A stretch of 64,000 bases of DNA, taken from the NCBI GenBank assembly GCA_010093745.1, contig MU005983.1, positions 62,001 through 126,000 on the forward strand. The letters are read 5' to 3'. Every line of letters begins with the position of its first letter. The stretch's first letter is position 1. The notes under the pieces are model-generated. The model saw only the letters and a list, made by a program, of their open reading frames with translations. It ran no database searches and was not told where the DNA came from. This DNA comes from Piedraia hortae CBS 480.64 (Eukaryota). Position numbers and translations under genes: made by a program. Positions 46,346 to 56,471 of this stretch are shown here, in pieces.

Positions 46346-47375
46346 TCACTCGTACCTCACTCTATTGACCAGCGTCCCCAGTCCCTCAATCGTAATCCTT
46401 ATATCATCCCCATCCATCAACCCACGCTTCGGCTCATGAAAGAACCCAATTCCCGCCGGCGTGCCAGTGAGAATCATCGTGCCCGCCTCCAACATCGTCC
46501 CCTGCGAAAAATACGAAACCAGCTCCCTAACGGGGAAAATCATATCACTTTTAACGTCAGCACAACACCCCCCCCCAAAAAAAAAAAAAACTCCTACCAC
46601 ATACCTCGTCCTCCCACTCTGCACCACAACCCCATTATGTCTCGCCTCAATGCCTAGCCCCTGCGGATCTCTTATTGCGGCGGCCGAAACAAGCGTCGGT
46701 CCAACTGGACAGCTGGAATCGAACCCCTTAGAGAATGACCATTGCGTGGTCATGAACTGGAGATTTCGCGCGGATACGTCGTTGGAGATTGTGTAGCCTA
46801 GGATGTGGTCGTAAGCGTCTTCTTGCGGGATGTCACGACCGGATTTGCCGATCACGACGCAGAGTTCGGCTTCGTAGTCGCTTGTTCCGTCTTGGGCGAT
46901 TTTGGGGATGGTGATGGTGCTGGGGTAAGGGTCGGTTAGGGAGGTGCGGGGTTTGGTGAAGAGGATGGGGACTTTGGGGGGGGACATTTGCGCTTCCTGA
47001 ATTGATGAGTTGGGGGGTTGCAAGGAGGGGGGGAGGGGGGGAGGGGAGGAAGATGACCTTCGCGTGGTCATGGTAATTGAGGCCTACGCAACGGATGTAG
47101 GTGCATTGTTCGGGTGTGACGGGGGAGAAGACCTTTGGGGTAAGTTAGGATGGGTTGGTTTTTGGGGAATGGGTTCAGCATACCCTCCGAACGGTCAAGA
47201 GAGCAGATGTGACTGTGCCGGTGAATATGTCTCCGTTGATGCGGTATGCTTGGACCACATCGCCTTTTTCTAGTGCGAGGCCGACGTCGAGGTTCGTGTT
47301 TTTTAATTGGCCAAGGTGGATGCGCCCGTCTTCAATGGCTTCGAATCGCACGAGATGCGTCCATGAGGGTGCCAT
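46346..47375 (-). CDS. Fumarylacetoacetate hydrolase family protein, 4 exons
   Basis: WTHLVRF, IRCVGLNYHDHA, PILFTKP, DYEAEL, GYTISNDVSAR, KGFDSSCPVGP, ILTGTPAG; introns 47133-47183, 46997-47057, 46548-46604. Confidence 0.93.
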
Positions 47376-48284
47376 TGTGAAGAGTGTCTTCGGGTTGCCC
47401 AAACGGTTTACCCCACCACAGATAGATGCCGAGGATAGTTTGGATTTTAGGCGCACTGTGCGAAGATGAATTGGTCTGCTTCCACACTGTTGGTTTCGGT
47501 AAATTGAAAGTTCCCGTCGTAGGACTTTGGACGTGGTCGGTTTGCGCAGAGGGGACTGGAGGCCATATGGTTGGCTGTTGATCAACTGTAGTTGTGCCAA
47601 AACTCTTGTTTCCACCATTGGAAAAATTGTTGTCATGGCGGACAATAATGGTCGCTTCAGCTAAAACCACCGACTAAATGGCCTCCTCTCTGACAAATGA
47701 CAGCTCAACTATTGCCTTTCCGCACACTGCACACTGTCGACAAAGGGTCTACATGGGTTATACATCGAGGGCGAGGTGTTGGTTCTCTGAACTGTGTGGC
47801 GTTGCTATTTGGAAGGCGTGAGTTGTTAGCAGTTGAGTTGGTTGGGAATGTTGGATTGGGCTCGAGGTGCAAAGTTTATCGCAGAAGTTTGAGCGTGGGT
47901 CTGTGGAGTTTGATGGGTTTTTGAGGATGTCACTGGCTTAGCAAGGAGGGTGCTAATGGAAGAGGTTTTGCAACTCGTGAGCGTAACCTGAAAGTTCTGG
48001 AGCGAATTTCCCGGTCGGGAATAACCCCACCCGAGTTTAAGGATATCAGGACGAAGGGGTACTATTCTCGACCAGGCTGCGTGAAATGCAAATTCCCGTG
48101 GGTTTGATTTAAAGGCAAAGGGGCATGGAGATAACTATCGTACGAGAATCAGCGATTCGACGGACTGGTCGACAGCTTCATCCTTAGATGTATAATATCC
48201 CTAACCTCAGTCGTACTTTTCCAAGCCTTCGGTCAATGTCTGATCTGTACCCTATCAATCAAAGTCCCATCAGCATAATGACTT

Positions 48285-49560
48285 TGTCTTTGGACCACTC
48301 CAACTCCAGAGCTTCTCCGGCTGAAATCCGCTCGTTGGACTCAAACCGAAGTACCTTCTCAAATAGCTCCCCCGCCCTGGAAAATCTCTCTGTTGGCAAA
48401 TCCTGCATGCCTTCCCTCAAAAATAACTCTCAACCATCTCTTGAAAGCTTTGAAATCTATTAGAAGACGGAGGCCCAGCTCCAGCTTAAATCTCTTGCCA
48501 TGCTTCCTGCCAGCGGGCTGGGAGCTGACAATGGGGCATGTTGAGCAGGCCGTAAACAATCTGGCCTTTGTCCCAAAACCCTGATCCTGTTGGCAGGCAG
48601 GTGGTCAAGAACATGTAGCACTATCGACTTTAGCTTCCTGACGTGTCGGAAGGACATACCAAAAGGCAAGCACGCCACACATCGATCTTTTCATCAACAT
48701 TCTCGTTAAAGAGAAGCTCTGGAGCACGGAAATGAAAAGGTGTCGCGATCTCTTCTGGTGGAACGCAGATAAAACGCATGTCCGAAATCTATGAGCCTGA
48801 TATCGTCCTTGTTCCCAACCTGGGTGGGGCGACAGTCGTGCATTACAAGGTATTTGGGTATATTTGGCGGTAGAGGGGATTTATCCCTGCTTTTCATTTT
48901 GTGGGTTCTCGCGTGGCGGAAGGACTGTAGAAACTCTTCTTCTGTAAGGTCGTTAATGCCGGGTGCTGCCCAGACGACGTTGCCGGTTTGTGAGTCGCTG
49001 TGCACAATGCCATGTTGGTGTAAACAACCGACGGCCTGGAGGATGTATTTTTGGAGTCTCCTTGCTGCACTGACCTTGAGGGGTCACTGAATTTCCTCCC
49101 AATGGAGCCTGATGGGAGCGCCAGAAGCATCCGTCACAATGCAATGTGTTCCGTTTGGTCCTTCCAACTGAATCTAGTCACGTAAAGAGGGTAACCAGGC
49201 CATTCTGGGGTGATTAGTCGTACTTGCTGTCAGAGTCTCGATCTCGAGGCTTGACGAAGCACTGGTAATGGGGATCTTTATCGCTACTCATCTTTGGTCA
49301 CTGCAAACTGTTAAGTTCCAAAACAATAAGACGACGAGGTCTTACCGTTCACCTCTCGCTGCCAGACGGTTGCATTCCATCCATGGCCTAACTTGTGCAA
49401 GATGCTGTAACGCTCTTTGTGTAGGATGTCCCCGAGATTCACAGGGTGATATGCGCCAGGTACATGGCCATGATTTTTATCATAGCGAGGCACCACAAAG
49501 TTGTAATCGGAATAAAGTTGTTCTTGGAGTGCCACTGGAATCGAAGTTTGGGTGTTGATG
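48285..49560 (-). pseudogene. Frameshifted SRPK-like protein kinase pseudogene
   Basis: Kinase motifs spread across frames: GAYHPVNLGDILHKERYSILHKLGHGWNATVW, LHQHGIVHSDSQTGNVV, IRLIDFGHAF, EKVLRFESNERISAGEALELEW. Confidence 0.85.
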
Positions 49561-49809
49561 TTGAAATTATGGTGGAGTGGGGCTTGTAACGTCGTGCGTT
49601 GGAACCTGCAGTCCAACCATGACGTCGAGCCTCCTCTCAAGGCCTGAGCTTACGTCACCCGCCGATTCAATGTTGGTTGTTCTAGTTACATCGTAGGAGA
49701 ACCAAGGCTGGAAGAACATTCCCATTGAAAGTCAACTCGATCACATCAACAACTTCGAAATACTGTAGCATTAGAGCAGTGCTTCATTGCCTGTTGAGTC
49801 TCCTCCCCC

Positions 49810-51582
49810 TCAAACCCCTTCCGTAGCCATCTCTGCAACCAGTCCCCCATCTTGCTTATTCGTATTCCTTCTCGCCAGTCTCTGTGTGATTGTACCAAGT
49901 ATCATCTCATACGGCTTTGTATCATGGTCATTGCTCTGTATCAGCGCTTGCACCCCGGTCGCCAGAGATTCCAAAGCCCTTCTTTTAGCATCTGCGACCC
50001 TCTGAGCCGAATTTCTCTCATCCCCCATAACACCCAATTTTAAGAACGACACATCATCCTCTAACAAGAATGGTAAAACGAATTCCAACGCCGGCGGGGC
50101 CAGGATTGCTTGCGTGCCTGTTTCGGGAGTCGCTATACCATGAGGGGGGCTCATTCGAGCAGAATAGTCCTCGGGGGGGGATTTGGCGCTGGAAGGCCAC
50201 GGGGCATTGATGATCGCTGTTATGAATGCTATAGCCGCGAGTGCGAGATCGACGAGTGCTACGCTTCTGGCGTGTGCAACAATGTCTTTCCACATATTGG
50301 GAGACATGGAGAGGTTCTTGTAATAAAGTGCACGTGCAGCAGAAGATTCGCCGGGGCTGGCTGCGTCGCCGGAAAAGATCTCTGCTAGGGCGTAGAGAAC
50401 TTTGGGGGTGGTGACCTGTGTAGTCAAAAGGGACAACGAGCTGGACGACCAAGGTTTTCTCATAAGAGCTTTGCGCGGAAGGCTGGAGAGGATACTGATG
50501 TGGTAGGGTGTTTGGTCGTTGTGGATGAAATTTGCACGGCGGAACTCTTCGCAAAGAGTTTTGTTGAGGGTGTTTGCGGTCTTTAGACAGTCCGTATGGT
50601 TGGGATAGAGCGTGATGTATGTGGTGATGTACTCGACTATAGGGCCGAGAAGAAACGTCCATTGCACACCTTGGTAGTATTTGTTTAGTATGCGGTCGTG
50701 ACTTCCGTTGCCCTGAAGGTATGACAAGGCCGCCTGATTGGATTTGAGAAGGCGAATGTAATACTCTACCAGATTAACTTGCATCAACTCGTCTTGGTCG
50801 TCAATCATATGGAGGCTTGCAAAATCAAGTAAACCGCCGCCTTTGATTCCGTACTCGGATTCTACTTCAGGGCAATGAGAGGACACTACTGTCGTCCAGT
50901 TCATGTGCGCAATGTCAGGCAACCACGCCAAGAGCCTTGATTGTGCGAAGGTATTTCCCAACGTTTTAGGCGCGCAGATCCGGAAAAACAGGTTATAAAC
51001 GTTTCTGTCATTGAAAATGCGGTTCCACATAGCTCCGGGTGGGTTTTGGTCTGCTCGCAAAAGGTCTAGAAGTGTCTGAGATGCTTTGACACTGACACCA
51101 ATGGCGGATGCTTTCAACCACAGCATCACTAGGGCAGGTACCACGGATTCCATATTTGCGACTTCTGCGATACTTTGCTTGTTTTCAGTTGCTCTCTCCA
51201 AGAGTGTTATCGTGAGCTTATTGAAATAACTAAATCCCTTTTGAGAATTCAGTCCAGACACAAGAAGGGATTCTGATATGCTTAAAAGGCGGCATTGCTC
51301 CCAGGTGAAAGTTTCCAGGAGCTCAATCAGTATATCTGCAATGAGATTTACGTTGTCATCGTCATCATCGTCATCTGGGGTTGGCATCTTCATGAGTGCT
51401 GAGAGAAAAGCAGAGGTGAGTTCAGCTCGTTTCTGGGGATCAATCTGATTGTTGGCAATATATCCGGGCAGCAATAGCTTTGCTCGACGGAGATTATCCT
51501 CATCTTCTGACGTCAGGCTCCCGGCTTTGTCAAGACGCTGTGCAAGTGCCAAAGTCTCTTCGTAGACAGATTTTACTGCCAT
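49810..51582 (-). CDS. Conserved fungal helical-repeat protein, probably Hsm3/PSMD5-like proteasome assembly chaperone
   Basis: 590-aa ORF from MAVKSVYEE; MWNRIFNDRNVY, AQSRLLAWLP and LLDFASLHMID motifs resemble Pezizomycotina HSM3-domain proteins (recognition from memory). Confidence 0.6.
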   Translation of the reverse strand: MAVKSVYEETLALAQRLDKAGSLTSEDEDNLRRAKLLLPGYIANNQIDPQKRAELTSAFLSALMKMPTPDDDDDDDNVNLIADILIELLETFTWEQCRLLSISESLLVSGLNSQKGFSYFNKLTITLLERATENKQSIAEVANMESVVPALVMLWLKASAIGVSVKASQTLLDLLRADQNPPGAMWNRIFNDRNVYNLFFRICAPKTLGNTFAQSRLLAWLPDIAHMNWTTVVSSHCPEVESEYGIKGGGLLDFASLHMIDDQDELMQVNLVEYYIRLLKSNQAALSYLQGNGSHDRILNKYYQGVQWTFLLGPIVEYITTYITLYPNHTDCLKTANTLNKTLCEEFRRANFIHNDQTPYHISILSSLPRKALMRKPWSSSSLSLLTTQVTTPKVLYALAEIFSGDAASPGESSAARALYYKNLSMSPNMWKDIVAHARSVALVDLALAAIAFITAIINAPWPSSAKSPPEDYSARMSPPHGIATPETGTQAILAPPALEFVLPFLLEDDVSFLKLGVMGDERNSAQRVADAKRRALESLATGVQALIQSNDHDTKPYEMILGTITQRLARRNTNKQDGGLVAEMATEGV

Positions 51583-51835
51583 AATGTTCTTGGATGTAGT
51601 CCCTTCCGACGCAACAGCAAAGATGAGTGGACGACTTCTGTGGAGCCTCCACGTGACGTTACACCAAGCAGATCTGGTGATCATCACAAAACGGGGAGGC
51701 ACAGTCAGGCACGCGCTTGCTTGAGGTCTAAATCGTTATATCATAACTGCTGTTAGCTTCCATCTACCCTGTGGTACATACAAGTGCACGTTCTCAGAGG
51801 GCCTACACCAGCTAATAATAAGACATTCACATTGC

Positions 51836-52900
51836 TTAGGGCGGCGGTAACTTTGACACGTGCATTTCGTGGTCGAGAATCTTTTCACTAAGAAGGGCAT
51901 CCTTTTCGTGATAAAGCACTTTATATGCCTGGCGTATGGTGCTGTCCGAAACTCTTGCAGCCACCATGATCTCCTTGGCGGTCTTCGGCTGGTCCATAAG
52001 ATGGCTTGCCATGAATATGCAGGTAGCTGCAGAGGATAGCGGTGAGCGTCCTGCGAGGACTCCAACAGAAGTGATGCGTCTCGCAAGTTCGGTCGCCACA
52101 TCCGTAGTTTCTTGGTCCATGTTGAGCATTTTACAGTACCTGTTGCAAAGATCAGCAGGGTCTGCCGCGACACTACCCTTGTAGGTTTCGCTGGGAACAG
52201 CAGTACCTCCAGAAACAACAGAGCCTGATGCAGCGTTCCCTAGAGAGTTTTGCAAGAGGAAAGATTCCAAAAGTTTAAATGTTTTTCCAATCTCTTTCTT
52301 GCTGATCTTTGTCAGCTCCATGATTTCGCGAAACGATCGTGGAACGTTATTTTGTCGGCAGGCTAGGAATATACAGCCGGCCATGAGCGACTCCTGGTTT
52401 TTGCCCCTGAACAGTAGACTTTCCGATGATTCTTTGTAGAGATGCTTTGCCGTATCGGTAACGGTATTGGGTACGTCCCAGCGGTCGCAGAGAGAGGTGA
52501 TGTGCTTGTACGCATGGGTCAGACCTCTGCTGTTCTTTTCAGCGCTGGACTTATTTTGCTCTGTACTTGATTTGTTCTGCTCACTACTGGGCTTGTTTCG
52601 GGTGCGTGGGAGCTCCGGGCTGTTTACGCCATCTCCAATGGCAGTAGGATTGGGCGCGTCGGAGTTATTGTACTGTGGATCGTTTGCATTGTCAACACGC
52701 GCATGGTTCTCGCGTTCTTTTACATTGTCGTGAGCAGTCCCCAGTTGCGGACCGTTGAGTGAACCTCTTTCGGAAAGCACAATTCCACACCTTCCGCAAG
52801 TTGTGTCTCCCTTCGTATCATCCTTGGCCAAATTGGAGGGATCTTCGAGGCATTGCTTGCATATCAATGCGCCTTTTTGCGGTTCCACCACATGCATCAT
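51836..52900 (-). CDS. SUA7: Transcription initiation factor IIB (Sua7-like) with divergent B-reader
   Basis: Zn ribbon CKQC...GDTTCGRCG, cyclin repeats (FRGKNQESLMAGCIFLACRQNNVPRSFREI; KKEIGK; LAGRSPLS; VSDSTIRQAYK). Confidence 0.9.
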   Translation of the reverse strand: MMHVVEPQKGALICKQCLEDPSNLAKDDTKGDTTCGRCGIVLSERGSLNGPQLGTAHDNVKERENHARVDNANDPQYNNSDAPNPTAIGDGVNSPELPRTRNKPSSEQNKSSTEQNKSSAEKNSRGLTHAYKHITSLCDRWDVPNTVTDTAKHLYKESSESLLFRGKNQESLMAGCIFLACRQNNVPRSFREIMELTKISKKEIGKTFKLLESFLLQNSLGNAASGSVVSGGTAVPSETYKGSVAADPADLCNRYCKMLNMDQETTDVATELARRITSVGVLAGRSPLSSAATCIFMASHLMDQPKTAKEIMVAARVSDSTIRQAYKVLYHEKDALLSEKILDHEMHVSKLPPP

Positions 52901-53144
52901 ACGGCTTCTAAGCGTTCGATTTGATATTCAATACTGTATATTCTGTCTTTAGCTGGAACGCAGCCCATTCATGAGCTGTCAAAAGTATTAATATTCCCAT
53001 CCGGTGCCTCTTCCTTGATCTGTTATCATCTGCAGTTATGGCGCCAGAGCACGGAGCGGCTCGGACCGACGGGCCGAAGGTTAACATCGAGGGGACTGAA
53101 GGCGACGGCCATCTTCTACTCTTTGCGCCAGAATAATCGCAATC

Positions 53145-53707
53145 ATGCTCGGTCCATTGACGTTGAGGACCTCGGTAGTTACCAATTCTGTGCCCAGTCA
53201 AGAACTATACTTACACGCACAGCGACTTGTCCTTGCGCGAGCAGGCCAAACCTCTGCGCGCCGCGCCATTGCAACAACACCCGTCCGTCGAGGTATGGCT
53301 GATATGTAAAGAAACGGGAAGACTCGCTAACGTAAATCAGCGGATCTGGTGCAGGAGCTTTACTTGGTGGGTTTAGCACGGTCGGAGGAGCTGGGCACGC
53401 ACTGACTGGCCGCAGAAAGAGCTTAAGAATTACAAAATACCTGCCGTTAAACCGTCGGATGCAGAGGGTAAGCTCCCGAGGAACACCAGTGATGATACGG
53501 ACGTTTACTTTGTCAGGCCAAGTTCAAAAGTTCTCGATGCCCAAGGCGCCGCAGTCGCCCGAGCAGCCCGAATTGGCGTCTTCATTGAAGGAGTACGAGG
53601 CTCAGGTACCGGAAGTTGAGGGTCAGTCGGCGGAGGGAGAGGCAGCGCCGGTAGAGCAGGATTGGTTCGAGGAGCCAGAGGATGATGAAGCGCCCGCCCA
53701 CCACTAG
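53145..53707 (+). CDS. ATP14: Mitochondrial ATP synthase subunit h, 5 exons
   Basis: Exons 53145-53174, 53223-53292, 53341-53366, 53416-53467, 53517-53707 give presequence + ADLVQELYLKELKNYKIPAVKPSDAEGQVQKFSMPKAPQSPE. Confidence 0.92.
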
Positions 53708-53866
53708 TGTATAGCTACCTAACCATCAACATGTTCCTATCAATCCATTGATATGCTGGCTGTTGGCAGCAATAGGTAAAGACTCATGACATCAGCCAAG
53801 CCAGGAGAAGTTTCAGGCTATATAAGAGCCCATGAAAACTCTTTCCCCCCTTCCACGTCCGCAGCA

Positions 53867-55234
53867 ATGTCCAAAACCATATACCGCGGCACATTCGTCC
53901 ACACACCCGACCCCAGGACCCTCACCATCTTCACCGGAAGCGTCTACGTCTCCAACGGTGAAATCACCGATATATCCAAACACGATCTCAACCAAGCCGA
54001 TCCCCTACCCTCTTCAGACTGGACCTCAGCAAACCTTATCACTGCCCACGCGACGAAACATGAATTCTTCTTCCCCGGCTTCATCGACACACATACCCAC
54101 GCCCCCCAGTTCCCCAACACCGGACTCGGCGGCAGCGAAACCCTACTCACCTGGCTCGAGAAGTACACATTTCCCGTCGAATCAACTTTTTCATCTGTCC
54201 CGCGTGCGAAGCACATCTACACACATGTCGTGGCACGTTTACTAGCGCAGGGTACTACGTGCGCCGCGTACTACGCGACTCTGCACGTGGACGCGACGAA
54301 TGAGCTGGCGCGCGTGTGTTATGATTTGGGTCAGCGTGCGCTTGTGGGAAGAGTGTGTATGGATTCTGCTGAGCATTGCCCCGAGTTCTATAGGGATGCG
54401 AGTGTTGAAGATGCGATGCGTGGTACTAAGGCATGTTTGGATTTTGTGAGGAGTCTTGATCCTGATGCTAGGTTGTTAAGGTCATGTGTTACGCCGAGGT
54501 TCGCGCCAAGTTGTTCCCCCCAGGCGCTAGAGCGGTTGGGGGACCTGGCGAGGGAGGAGGATCTCCCTGTGCAGACGCATGTGTCGGAGAATGTGGATGA
54601 GATTGAACTTGTGGGGAGGCTCTTTCCCCAGTGTGGTTCGTATACGGGTGTCTATGATAGATATGGACTGTTGGGGGGTAAAACGGTGCTGGCGCATTGT
54701 GTGCATCTCCAGGATGAGGAGATTGCGTTGATCGAAAAGAGAGATGCGGGAGTGGCACATTGCCCGCTTAGCAATGTTTGTTTGTCGTCTGGGAATGCCA
54801 ATGTTAGAAAATTGCTTGATGCGGGCCTCAAGGTGGGCTTGGGGACTGATGTTTCCGGAGGATATAACCCAAGCCTCCTTGCTCAAGCCCGCGTGGCTGA
54901 GATGGTGAGTAGACAGGTTGCCATGTCTACCGGCGTCGAAAGGTCGAGGCTTGCGCCAGCAGAGTGCTTGTTTCTTGCTACAAGAGGAGGAGCAAAAGTA
55001 CTGGGAATAGAAGATAAAGTTGGCGCGTTCGAGGTTGGAAAGTCATGGGATGCGCAGCTAATACGGCTTGATGCTGTTGCAGAAGACGATGGAGTCGACG
55101 GGGGATCAGTATGTCTTTTCGGATCCGAGAGCTGGGAGGAAAAGGTGCAAAAGTGGTTCTTTTGCGGGGATGATAGAAACACGGTCCTTGTGTGGGTTGG
55201 CGGAAGACTCGTCCATCAAAGAAAGTCTGGTTAG
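53867..55234 (+). CDS. GUD1: Guanine deaminase (amidohydrolase family)
   Basis: FFPGFIDTHTHAPQ, LLTWLEKYTFP, TPRFAPSC, QTHVSEN, AHCPLSN, GLGTDVSGG, GDDRN; TATATAA ~45 nt upstream of ATG 53867. Confidence 0.95.
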   Translation: MSKTIYRGTFVHTPDPRTLTIFTGSVYVSNGEITDISKHDLNQADPLPSSDWTSANLITAHATKHEFFFPGFIDTHTHAPQFPNTGLGGSETLLTWLEKYTFPVESTFSSVPRAKHIYTHVVARLLAQGTTCAAYYATLHVDATNELARVCYDLGQRALVGRVCMDSAEHCPEFYRDASVEDAMRGTKACLDFVRSLDPDARLLRSCVTPRFAPSCSPQALERLGDLAREEDLPVQTHVSENVDEIELVGRLFPQCGSYTGVYDRYGLLGGKTVLAHCVHLQDEEIALIEKRDAGVAHCPLSNVCLSSGNANVRKLLDAGLKVGLGTDVSGGYNPSLLAQARVAEMVSRQVAMSTGVERSRLAPAECLFLATRGGAKVLGIEDKVGAFEVGKSWDAQLIRLDAVAEDDGVDGGSVCLFGSESWEEKVQKWFFCGDDRNTVLVWVGGRLVHQRKSG

Positions 55235-55257
55235 TGATATGTACAATATATACCATC

Positions 55258-56284
55258 TCAAGCCTTGAGCCTCACGCTCATGAGATCTTGCTGGGCGTCC
55301 TTGATCAAAAAACTGTGAAAAAAAATTTAGCATGCCAAGAAAGAAGAAAAAGGAAACATACTTGTACCACCACACCGTCGGCGCCACAGTTGCAGCATGC
55401 CACAGTGCATGGGCATCAATCATGCCCTTCCAAGGCGGAAAGTCAAACAACTCCAGGCTCATGGCAGTTATTACCCAGGCAACAATGAGACCCGGCCATG
55501 CCGCCCACAGTCTACCAATCTTCTTGTACTGCCTGATCGAAAAGGCAGTCCAGAGCACGTTCTGTATGACACCCACAACGACGTTCGCAGCCATGTTGTA
55601 TGTGTAATCAAACCTCACCAGAGACAAATAACCCACATGCATCACGTAGAGGGTGACGCAGAGCGCAGCCCAAGCACGGATTACCGTCGCCGACTTCCCC
55701 TCCAGCGCACTAGACTTGTCCAGTCTAAAGACTCTAATGGGTGCGAAGAATAATCCGTAAAGCACACTTGCGCCTGCGGCAAAATAGTCCAGTTTTTCCG
55801 TGACACTGAAATCGCGAGTGTGGAAGATCATGCTACACACCCAGCTTATAAGGCCAAAGTATCCAAAGAGGATGTAGTAGCGTCTCAGTTTGTATGAAGT
55901 TGGAATCTCATCTCTCAACCTCTTGAGCCCAATGTAATGGGCCAGAAAGTTCAGCAGCGAAAAGAACACGCTAAAGGGCTCCTGCATGCCCATGAAGCGG
56001 TGAAAGGGCCATTTGCCGTGGAATTGGAGAACAGGTTGCAGATACGGCGGTTCGCGTGCAAGACGCGTGTTGGTTATCATGTGCTGACAGGCGTGGTCAC
56101 ATTCGCTGGGACAGCTCCAGAAAAGTAATCGACGATGCAGTGGAATTGGTGTGGGATTATCCCCATCGCAGTTGGCCGTTATGCACGTATTCACACATGT
56201 TTTAAACTCCGGGAGGCGGTCGCCTAGGCTTGCGTTGGTAGCTGTGATGAGGAAGGCGAGAAAGAGGGTTCTGTGGAGTTGCAT
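55258..56284 (-). CDS. PER1: Post-GPI-attachment lipid remodelling protein Per1 (PGAP3), 2 exons
   Basis: Signal peptide, ASLGD, Cys-rich N-terminus, QFHGKWPF, MQEPFS, FHTRD, TEKLDYF, IDAHALWH; intron 55313-55361. Confidence 0.94.
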
Positions 56285-56471
56285 CTTGAAACTTACCAGA
56301 ACTGACGTTGACACCGACGGTTTTGGGTGCGGAGAAATCCGGGGTGCCCCACACGAACCAGGGTCCAGGAGCCTTAACAGGGGTGGTTTCTCGATACGAT
56401 TACAAAATAGCTTAGATAGCTGAAACTATCGACCAAATTCACAGCCTGATTACTGCGTCTTGTCCACTGGC

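Noticed and set aside
47995..48020. GGGAAATTCG on the minus strand resembling RNase P RNA conserved region I
   Set aside because: No matching CR-V or other conserved elements recognised.
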